A stretch of DNA of 64,000 nt from Raillietiella orientalis (lineage: Eukaryota). Both the position numbers and the translations under genes were made by a program. Shown here piece after piece: positions 55,001-64,000 of the stretch. Under the pieces are notes generated by a model. That model was given only the letters and a program-made list of their open reading frames with translations. It was not told the origin of the DNA and did not search any database. The stretch covers positions 682,001 through 746,000 of the forward strand of contig JAYWIR010000042.1 of assembly GCA_036172245.1 (NCBI GenBank), given 5' to 3'. Every line of letters begins with the position of its first letter. Positions within the stretch are counted from its first letter, which is position 1.

Positions 55001-58000
55001 GAAAGGGCAATGTCTTTCTTTCGCCCCTCAACACCCTTTTCAGATGATTTTGTAGGCCACGACTGGGAAGATGGGCCCAAATAATGGCTGGATATCCCAG
55101 CTCCCATTTGCATGAATTCCAGGCCGACCGTGAGAAGAGAGAAGGTCGAAAAGCCCCAGGACACCTTCGGCAGATAAGAATACTCGTATGAAAAGATCTA
55201 GGCTGGAGCGGCGGAGGTTCGGATGTCAGAATGTGCGGCATCTTTGAGAAACTTCCATTAGCCCAGAAGTTTTAGGGGTGAGGCTACTGGCAGATAGCAA
55301 GAAGCGCCATTTCTTCTACCAGCAGCAAGAAGACGTTTCGCGCTCATCTTCACGAGCTCCCTCTTGGATGCTCCAAAAGGACTCGGTTTCATCCCCCACT
55401 GGAGACAAAAGCAGCAAGAGGTCTTCATAGACACGGAGGCGCATCTGAACAGTGGACGCAGCTCAAGCACCAAAACAGAACCACCCTGAGGGACATCCTT
55501 CAAAGCAGTAGAAGCCAAAGGATTTGGCGCTCTTCAGAGTAATGCAAGCACCGTGGAAGGAGCAAAAGGGGAAGAGTGGAAGGTCTGGAGGAACACTGAA
55601 AGGGATCGCAGGCTGCTTGTGAAGGAGACCGTTCAACAGAGAAACCTTGCGTGCTCGGAAGGCTTTGAAGAGGAGGAGGAAGATACGCGGGATGACGGAC
55701 AATGGCAGAGTGGGCCACGCAGGCTAACCATGCGAAGCGTAGGCAGGATCTAGTGACGGAGAGGTCACGTTGGAGGCGGGAGAGAATGGACGGATAGAGT
55801 CCATTACACGAGGGAGGAGACTGAGAGGCGCGCGCGCTACCCTTCTGCACCCTTTTCCTGTAGCTTCTTTGTATCCATCCCTCATTGCGAAGTACGAAGC
55901 AGTAGCTACTTTCGCAGAGTTCTTCTGGAATGAAGAGATTTCTTTCTCCTCCTCATTCCCCCTTCTCTTTCTTCGCCTTCGTAGGCAGAGAACGAGGAAT
56001 GAGATGCTCCTGGTCGCTTTCTCGTCCTAACAAATATGAGTTAGGAGAACTCTTGAGACGGAGAGAAACATCCGTGTCTGGTTCCCTGGATGCACCAGCG
56101 GCGAACGCATAGGATTACTCTACTCAGGGAGAAACTGCTTTGGCAACAAATCAGAGGAAGACGAAGGAGAAGAGATTGAGCCAAATTCTCCAAGCTCTGC
56201 TTGAATCGCTATCAGCACATACTCACCCTCCTCATTCTCCAGGAAGAACCCCTTACAGGGAATTTCCGCTTCCCTTCCTCCAAGTCGTTCAGGGAGAGTG
56301 AGAATCCGGTTCTCCTTCAGGGGATTTCTCGCTCCTGGTAGAAGCGCGTAAAGATCGAACTTCCTCAACCATATCCACAGACATGGCTGAGGAGCTTCTT
56401 CCCCACGATGCTGCACGATCCATCTCGACTTTCGTTTTTCAGAGGGATCTCTTCATCCTGCTTCTAGGGTGAAGTCACTTAAAAGCGAGGCCTTACGCAC
56501 CCACTCCCTTTGCTACGAACCCTTTCCCCGAAGCACGTTCCATCCTCAGAAAGGGAAAGAAAGGTGCACAAAGACAGCCGCTCCCCGCTCCAGCATTGAA
56601 GCGGAGCTCAGTTGCTTTTGGTGGCTGGAAAGGGACGTTTCATTATTTCGAGAGTAAAGAATTACTTGTTGGGCAATAGGCGTTTCTTTCCTCCTCCCTT
56701 CCTCCTCTCCCTCCTCCGACTCCTCATTTGTCGGAACCCAATGATTCGAACTGTCCAGGACTGACTTTGCTTTTGTTTTTTTCTTTTTTCTTTCACTTTC
56801 AACCTTACCTTCGGGACTTCGCCGCCCTCTCCTTGTCACCACGGAAGGAATGGATCGACGCCAACTTGCGCTGGGACGCATCCGACTTCGGCGGTGTTAG
56901 CGATATCCGCATACCACCCGACCGCATGTGGAAGCCTGACATCCTGCTGTACAACAGGTCGGCTCCCTTTCTTCGTACTCATTTTTTGGTTGCATTTGGA
57001 ATGGTGTAGTGTGGGGTGAGGGTACAGAGGAGAGAGGCAGTTTCGTGGTGTGAGCTGAGTAGGAGTGAGGATGGGTAGATTGGCGCCGCTGCTCTCCCTC
57101 TTCCATACTTCCTTCCTCCTTCCAGAGACGGACTCCTCCTTGCTCCACACTCTTTCCCTCTGAGAGGAAGAGTGTGGCTCCTTGCTACGAGAGGACAGCA
57201 CAAAAGGCGTCCAGTACGTACCGTGCTCTGAGAAGAAACACACACACACACCTCTGCTCAGAATGAGAAAGGAAGAGGGAAAGAAAACGAGGGCGGTGAC
57301 AGACCTCGCGAACGTCCTCGGAGGCACGACCCGTGACCTCTCTCCTGCACGCCGGTGGCTGGTACTTGGAGTTCCGTAGAGAAAGAGACTCTCCAGATCC
57401 AGATGTTATTTTTTCTCGTTGCATGGTTGACTCCTGGAGGAAGAGAAGCGGAACGGTCTGTCCGTAGTTCCTGGAGGATCGGCGCGATTACCTAAGGGAA
57501 TCGGACAGCGCGCATCACCGAGAAGAGGGGTCTCCTTCGTTTATTGCCTGAATTAACTGCCCCGACTATCAATTCCAGAAAAAGAGCATGCTGGCGCGCC
57601 TTCCTTTTCTTTCTTGCAAACGATCCCTTCTGTTTTTCGGAGACTGCACTCATCCGTTCTCTTGAACTGGCATTTCGGCTGGCACAAGAAAACAATTGGG
57701 AAAAGCTGACAGAAGAGCTTGGACAGGAAGAGCTGACGCTGCTCGACTGACGCTGCTCCCAGCACTGTTTGATTCCTGTTCTTCATATCAACAGACGGAT
57801 ACAGCAATAGTTCCTTATTGCATCCAGAGCGATTGTCTATGTCTTGTGGTATCGCTAGATCGCCCATTTGTGCTTCCGCGAGAAACGACCTCGAAATTTC
57901 TGGACCGCTGGCTTTGTTTCCCACAGCTTCGCCATCCTCATCTGCGATTCCAAAGAGTCCCCTGCCTGCAACGCCCTTTCCTCCTCCTCCCATGGGCGGA

Positions 58001-61000
58001 AGCGGCTCCTCCTTCGCCCTTGTATGGCTCATTCGCCCTTCTCGAAGTGAACGCAATGTATAGCCGCTGCTCACCTCGCCTTCGCAAGAACAGCGGCATT
58101 CGCGATCGGAATGGTCCTGCTCATGGTCCCTCAAAACCGTCCTAGGAATTCCTCCTTGCTCCTTACATCGGTATCTCATAGTCAGTTCGTACCGGGAGCT
58201 CAGAGTTCTGCCTGCTGCTCTCCCAGGCACGCCCGCTCTCATGGACTTCCGATGTGTGTTCACCTCCGCAATCCTCGACCCCTGTTTATACTGGATCCTG
58301 CTATTGTGTCGCCCTGGAAACCGCTGATGACAGATGGGCGAATACGTCTTCATCTGGCACTCGAGCTCGACGTGTGTATTGCTCTTACGTCCGGTGAGTG
58401 GACCAGCGGACACATCTCAAGTGCCGGACTTACGGACTGGGACACGCACTCGGATTCCGAGTGCACGCTCGTTCAGCCTCTGGACTCTCTGGAACGTTCT
58501 TCCCGGGAAGCCTTTCTTCGGGAAGGACTCTCTCCGGAGAACCTTCTTTGCCTCTTTGCTTCCGGCATATAAAAGTAGCTGCAATTTGCTACATGCTTCG
58601 CGAAGCTTCTCGAACGTTTCCTGCTCCTCTCGACGCTGAGTGGACATCCCCAGCGGTAACCGTGCTGCTACGTGTCATCCTGTGTCTAAGTCTATGGAAG
58701 CTGTTTCGGAAGCCACCGTATCCAAAGTTTGATGATGGGGATGGCTTGCTCCACATTCTTTTGCTTGGTGTTTTAAGGACGCACTTCCATATCTTCCGAA
58801 ATTATCCAGTGTATCGTTGCGCTTCCAGGTTGACCAACTGTAACAGCGTATTGAAGCTCCTCTGAGTCCGCCTGAACTGACATAGCAGCAGACGAATGTC
58901 AGAGCAATCTCCTCAGCTGAAACCGCTTTTTCGTGTTCTCTGAGATGCTGATGGAAATCCGGCAATAACCCTCTCCTGTTCCTCGCTCTTCATAGCAAGA
59001 GTTTTCAGAGGTTGCTGTGGGAAGGATCATTCCAATGCTCCAGATCAAGTCGGAACAGTATCACCAACCGGAAATTCCAGCTCGGAGTTTTGATGGAGCA
59101 CTGGGATCTTATAAACGGATGCGAAACTTGACCAATCACTTTCTCGTGTCAAGTTACGGACTTACCCTCAAGTGTGCGCGCCGTCGAGAATCGAGAAGAA
59201 ACTTTCAGCGGAGATTTTCATCGGTGGCTGCTTTTGCTCGGACTTTAGCAAACTTGCCTCAGATGCGACGAGCAGTACGAACATCTCCCGGCATTGCGGT
59301 CACTCTCTTGGAACGGGTAGCGCGCAGATTTGTTCCTGAAGGGGGCTGACCAAATCGACTTCGCTGGGTTCTTTCAGGGACAGCACAGTCGAGCTTTGGA
59401 GACGTGAATACGTCTTGAAATACCCACTGTTTCGAGTGCCAAATGTTGGAGCTTGCGAATCGTCTGCTAAGTGCTCTTCTGGTGACGACGAATCTCCCGT
59501 GAAGCCAACTGTTGCCTGGTCGGTAATGATGAGGCTTCTTTACACCTCACGTAGCTGGATCACTCTTGCGTGCCTCCTTCGCTGCTAACTGCCATCTTGG
59601 TGCCTCATTACCAGTACTCTTGCGAGTTGTTTGCTTCATACGAACGATTATTGACAAGGAAAACACTTCTTTTCAGCTACTACTAGCGACTATCACTTGG
59701 GACCGTTTTGGTTCGACTCCCCATTCTTCTCCTTCTTCCGTACACGAACTCTTGCGTGCTAATAGAGTAGACTCAGCACGGGAACCCTTGTTGCACAAAA
59801 ACGTGAAGCTGAACGCATAGTTTGAACTCTCATCTTCGTTTGACCATCTCTGCGCAGGAAAACACCCCGAAATCCTCCGACGTTCAAGGGTCTTACGACG
59901 TGTCAACTTCCTCTTGCCTCAAGCTATTACTAGTTCTTGTATGGTTCTTTTATTTTATGATTTTACTCTTCCGCGATAGCCAGAACACGCAGTCGACTAG
60001 CATTACTGTTTTTTTTGTTTTTTTCACAAAAAGACGAATAAACATCTCGAGCTACCGTTCATCTTGTTAAACACTCTTCACGCTTCCTGTAAGATCGAAA
60101 AAATATGAAATGCATTGATCTTTGTTGATTCAGCAAGTGGCTCGAAACTGACCCACTTGGCGGGCAGTTATTTCAGACGCGGCAATCCTCAAGCCTCATT
60201 TCATGGATCCATATTTGATCACCGACATCCCCTGCATTTTGTGCTGCATTTCCATCTGGGCAATGAGTAGAAGCTGTTCATTTCTATTCGGCAAGTGAAC
60301 ATGTTGTCTTGTCACCATGGTTGTCTAATGCAAGCTTCTTCGAGAATATGAACTCCAATGGAATCTCTAAGCTCCTTGAATATGAACTCAGAGTCCGTGT
60401 TTCGTGTACTTTCTCTGCACCCCCAACTTCACGAAAATCTGCAGTCTTGCAGTCTTGAGATGTGTCCTCCGTTCCACCCATCGAGCGTGAGAGCAACACA
60501 CAGGTCCTCGTAGAGTGCCAGCAGAAGACGTATCCGACCATCTGTTGTTGTCGGTTTCCAGAGCGACGGTACAGCAGAATCCAGTATGAAATCGGAAGTT
60601 CAGAAAATTGCGTACCTGGATGGCTAGGGAACCGATGAATCGAGGAAATTCTTGCATGCATTATAGAACTTTCCACCAGAAATCCAGACGCATATGCACT
60701 TAAATCTGAATGCTCTTTAAAGTTTTAGCATCACTTCAATCTGTTCCTGAAACCGAGGGGTAAGTGAACTGTAATTACACTAATGCGTTGTACCGTGCTC
60801 GGTTAATGGAAAGAAGTACTGCGTCTACTATACCACTCTTCATAAATGTATAGGAACCCGACTCCTGAGAACCTGATTTGCTAAGGGTGCTCATTCGAGT
60901 CAGCAATCGGATTAGCAGTGCGTGCTGTTTGTGATCTTTGCGATTCAGATTGTTTCCCCAAGACAAGCTAAAGCAGCGAATGATGCCGATCTCTCTGTCT

Positions 61001-61186
61001 TGCAGCGCTGACGAATCTTTTGACTCTACCTACCAAACCAATATCATCGTCACGAGCAACGGAAGCTGCCTCTACATACCTCCTGGCATTTTCAAAAGCA
61101 CCTGCAAAATTGATATTACTTGGTTTCCATTTGATGATCAGAAATGCATCCTGAAATTCGGATCATGGTCCTACTCGGGGCTGGAG
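46024..61186 (+). CDS. nAChRalpha7: Nicotinic acetylcholine receptor alpha7-group subunit (partial multi-exon gene; N-terminal ligand-binding domain; continues beyond window)
   Basis: Four GT-AG exons join in frame. They contain [32 protein letters not shown] (loop A), [10 protein letters not shown] (loop E), Cys-loop [15 protein letters not shown] and FGSWSY (loop B). Exon sizes 140/45/110 nt match CHRNA7 exons 2-4. Orthology within the alpha5/alpha6/alpha7 group is not resolved. The start at 46024 is tentative. Confidence 0.93.
46085..46224 (+). CDS. nAChRalpha7: nAChR exon 2-equivalent (140 nt, phase 1 to phase 0): (V)[46 protein letters not shown]
   Basis: Branch-like CTAAT at 46063-46067, pyrimidine tract, CAG ending 46084 and donor GTAAAT at 46225. 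The peptide matches the mature N-terminus of alpha7-group subunits. Confidence 0.93.
47800..48235 (+). mobile_element. Decayed hAT (Buster/Charlie-like) transposase C-terminus in nAChR intron 2
   Basis: Frameshifted pieces NEQLLIM, EEFPAFS, KVLVFAS, RCEA, MLKTV and DLHM follow the ExYPxL..KxLxxFxSTYxCExxFSxL...DL pattern. Confidence 0.5.
54356..54400 (+). CDS. nAChRalpha7: nAChR exon 3-equivalent (45 nt, loop D): [15 protein letters not shown]
   Basis: T-rich tract, AAG acceptor ending 54355 and consensus GTGAGT donor at 54401. DEKNQ...W motif present. Not visible in the ORF track in this frame. Confidence 0.93.
56761..56847 (+). promoter_or_regulatory. Extended 3' splice region of exon 4: CTGAC branch motif, long pyrimidine tract and AG-exclusion zone
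   Basis: CTGAC at 56761-56765. No AG dinucleotide occurs between 56758 and 56846. Confidence 0.55.
56848..56957 (+). CDS. nAChRalpha7: nAChR exon 4-equivalent (110 nt, loop A): [36 protein letters not shown](S)
   Basis: AAG acceptor ending 56847 and donor GTCGGC at 56958. The phase 2 end (AG) joins the C at 61006 to give Ser. Confidence 0.95.
58860..59300 (-). mobile_element. Decayed pogo/Tigger-type (DDE_1) transposase fragment in nAChR intron 4
   Basis: [13 protein letters not shown] resembles RAxAxxxxxVxxFF, followed by [19 protein letters not shown], which resembles SAERGxxxTxVCCxSAxG. Confidence 0.45.
60470..60690 (-). mobile_element. Decayed THAP zinc-finger fragment, about 300 bp upstream of nAChR exon 5
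   Basis: IHRFPSHP and YWILLYRR, then in another frame NNRWS and VCCSH, matching THAP hRFP..W...R..W...VCsxH. Confidence 0.4.
61006..61186 (+). CDS. nAChRalpha7: nAChR exon 5-equivalent (181 nt; loop E, Cys-loop, loop B): (S)[60 protein letters not shown]
   Basis: CTCTCTGTCTTGCAG acceptor ending 61005 and donor GTTAGG at 61187. Cys-loop Cys codons at 61103 and 61145 are separated by 13 residues. Confidence 0.95.
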
Positions 61187-62098
61187 GTTAGGAGGCATTT
61201 TGCTCATTGGGTGCTTTTTTGTCTTTCGTTTAAACCACGTTGCACGTATGTCCTGCATGTTGTTGTGGATGCTGTTGCTTCCATGACTGAGATTGGGCTG
61301 GGGCTGAACCCACCATCGAAGTTGTTTGTAAAAACAACTCTTGTGATTGAAATCATGAGGAAGTGGTCAGTTGCATGGAATGGCAGATCAAAATGCTGCA
61401 CAGGAATCTCAAGTGGAATGTTTTTTTTTTTTTTTTTTTCCCGCGCACCTCATGCAAATTGAGCTTCCACTGAAAATCTGGATCAGAGCGCCTGGTTCAT
61501 GGAGCAGGTTTCCAACATTCGTGACCATCGTGCGAATTCCAAGTGGAAGGAGGAAAAAATTGAAATGCCCTCCTCTGTTCCTTCTTCTGCGAATGCATAA
61601 TGATTGCAAATCTCAGTTCGAACTTCTTCATAACTCTCCATAGCACTCTCCTTTCCGAATCTCTTTTGAAACACTTTTCTACCTCTTTGCCATCCATCCA
61701 CGAGCTACTACGCCGAAGTTCTTTAAACTTGCCATTCTGACCCCATGATCAACTTCCTACCGCTTGCGAAAAAACGGAAACTTAGGATCATTCCGTGTTT
61801 TCATTGGCCTCGTGATGTCAGCAACAAAAACGGCAAATGGTTGCATTTTCTTCTTAAAATGATCAGCGATGCGAACAGTTGCCGATTATCGTTGGGTCAT
61901 CATCTCGCAACTGATCTGCTTGAAAGGGAAATCATGTGTCAAGAAAAGTGACTTTAGTCTCAAGGGCACCTCTTCTTTTTTTTTTTTTTTCTAAAAATGC
62001 CAGTAGCGACTCCCACGAGGAGATCGTTACTATTGGCCTAGGACGATGGAAATCCTTGGGTTCTTCTTTTTTCTTCTGCATGCTGTTTTTATTTCAAC

Positions 62099-63018
62099 TT
62101 TTTTTTTTGGTTCGCTAAGTACCTCAGAGCCGGTCGCGTGCCTAGCGGCGTACGTGGCTCTTTTTAAACATTAACACACTGTTTTGTTTCCACGCCTCTC
62201 CGCCCGCGGCAACCCGCAGGGGGCGTGCAATTCTTCAGGATAGGGGATCCACCCTATGAATCCAGGAAGGGCTCGGAGTCCGTTCCTCTCACGCCAAGGG
62301 AGGGATCCCGCCCGGACGGGGGGATCGCACCTCCCACCCTGGTTGTCGCCGAAGGGGTAACCCGAGGGGAATCTTCTTCCTCATTCTCTCCGGAGGGACA
62401 CCCCCTGGGAGGGGGGTGATCCTCTCCATTTCAACTTCTCCAAAGGGAACCCGGAAAGGATCCGCTAGTAGGAATTCTTCTCCGGAGAGAACCCGCAAGG
62501 GAACCGCTCCTGTTCACTCCTCTGAAGAGAACCCCGAAGGGACGCTTCCGAAACTTGGAAGGGGCGCTGCAGCTTCCAGCAGGGAATCGCTCTCGCTTGC
62601 TTCCTTTTGCACTCTGTGAAGAGTGCGATGACTCGGAGGGTCCCCCCCGCAACAGGGGGTTCCGCTCCTTTGAACAACTGGAGAGGTGCCTATGAAGGCT
62701 GCTGCTCCATCTTAAACAAACTGCAGGGGTCCCCCGGTGGGGGGGGTCCGCTCTCCGTTGTACGACTGGAGGGGGAACTCGCCACTCCTTGATTCCTGGG
62801 AAGACCCGAAGGTCAATTTCCCATTGTTCTGGCCTTCATCGGGGGCCTCCGGCTTAATCCACCGCCGGTGCCACGCCCGAATGTCTCGGCCAACCAGCGC
62901 CATTGCAGGAGAAACTCGGAATCCGAAGACGCAGTGGCGCCAGAATTTCTGCCCAAGTATTAGGAGCCCGCGACACAAGGTGCCACACGCGGAAGCCTTA
63001 ACCACAAGGCCTCCGACC
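62099..63018 (-). mobile_element. tRNA-derived SINE-like element, copy B (~920 bp), in the nAChR intron after exon 5
   Basis: The minus-strand head GGTCGGAGGCCTTGTGGTTAAGGCTTCCGCGTGTGGCACC is tRNA-like, with a decayed B-box. It shares blocks with copy A such as CCACCCTATGAATCCAGGAAG and CTCCTTGATTCCTGG. A10 tail (T run 62099-62108). Confidence 0.75.
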
Positions 63019-64000
63019 TTTTCTTTTCATGATTACAATTACACACCTCGAAGCCAGGTAAGCCTCTTCTTTTCTACCAGTGTCTTTGAGCTATGATGAT
63101 AGCATACTATCATCATAACTCGACCTAATGTGTTTCGTTTGCAAGGGTGGTTACCTCAATAGGAAGTTTTTGTGTAGAATTTCTCATTCTCTTGAGGATG
63201 GCTCAAAGCTTTGCTTATGAACGCGCATTTCATATGGAAAAAAAGAACAACAGCAGATTAGGGAGAGTGCGTCTGCGTAAAGGTGTGAATTCATAATTGG
63301 AATCTAGGAAATAAAAAGGACAGAAAGTGGTCAAAGGATGCTATTAGAAGCAGTGGTATTTCCACGCATATGAACGAGCATTCCTGCTCCAGAGTCGAAG
63401 GCAATTTTGTCGAATTATTCTCATCGTAGCAAATGATCTCAAGTTGAGGAGGAACAGACATACCAAAAGCAAATGGAAAACGAAACTCACAAATGTGAAG
63501 CCCCATTCTTTCGAACCATAACCGGAATGAGATCCACTGAGCTCCGAGTTGATGTGCTTCTTATGGAGGAAACATCATTGGTGAAGATGGCCGTAGTACG
63601 CCAGTAATTCCGTTCATCGCAGGCTCGTTCCAATGAGAAATGCCCCCTCTACCTCTACTGTACCTCAAAGATCCTACGGTTTCTGTTTTTCTTCCTATCT
63701 GCACTGGAAAGCTGCTGTTTCCATGCTGCTTCCAGAACCTAGGCGATTAATTGAATAGCTCGCTGAACTGATACAAACCAGGACTTCTCTCAAGGTGCCC
63801 TTTTGGATTAGGTTCTTCCTCTCAAGATCAGAGTTTCCTTTGTAGTTCGTTTCTAGGATACCCTGGCAGATAAAGCAGCGCCTGCTAAGACGGGGGGTAT
63901 CTACATAATTCTGGTTCCTGGTTAAGATCAGATTTTTCGAAAGAAAATTTTCCGAGGATGCACTGAAGAAATGTCAGTGTTCCGCAACCAGCTTCAACCA

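Noticed and set aside
57553..58413. Longest ORF in the track (286 aa, minus strand)
   Set aside because: No recognisable domain. Long ORFs occur in several overlapping frames in this GC-rich intron.
60938..61462. 174-aa ORF as a stand-alone gene
   Set aside because: Only 61006-61186 is nAChR-like. The flanks are intron read-through.
63430..63485. DLKL..GGTDIPKANGK as possible nAChR exon 6
   Set aside because: The pieces are in different frames, there is no NGEW, and there are no compatible splice sites.
1..64000. Prokaryotic systems (operons, CRISPR arrays, defence islands)
   Set aside because: Low coding density, spliceosomal introns and no repeat-spacer array.

Overview
This is eukaryotic (metazoan, arthropod-like) genomic DNA, not prokaryotic, so almost all entries in the six-frame ORF track are spurious. 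The only host gene I can support is a + strand, intron-rich nicotinic acetylcholine receptor subunit of the alpha7 group (insect alpha5/6/7, vertebrate CHRNA7). Four consecutive exons splice in frame with GT..AG borders: 46085-46224, 54356-54400, 56848-56957 and 61006-61186. Together they give [159 protein letters not shown]. No loop C or transmembrane exon was found up to 64000, so the gene runs off the window and the alpha-defining vicinal Cys pair cannot be checked. The rest is non-coding DNA full of transposon debris: a young 5'-truncated LINE with a perfect 15-bp TSD, two inverted copies of an unusually long tRNA-headed SINE with ~41-nt internal repeats, a near-identical ~200-bp direct duplication, and decayed hAT, pogo, THAP, Ty3/gypsy and LINE-endonuclease relics recognised by eye from motifs. 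The most interesting signals are a candidate intronic editing-complementary sequence pairing with the loop-E exon, an intron end that also reads as an in-frame signal peptide, atypical AAG acceptors (one with a distant branch point), non-canonical loop-D and beta1-beta2 residues, and the long SINE family.
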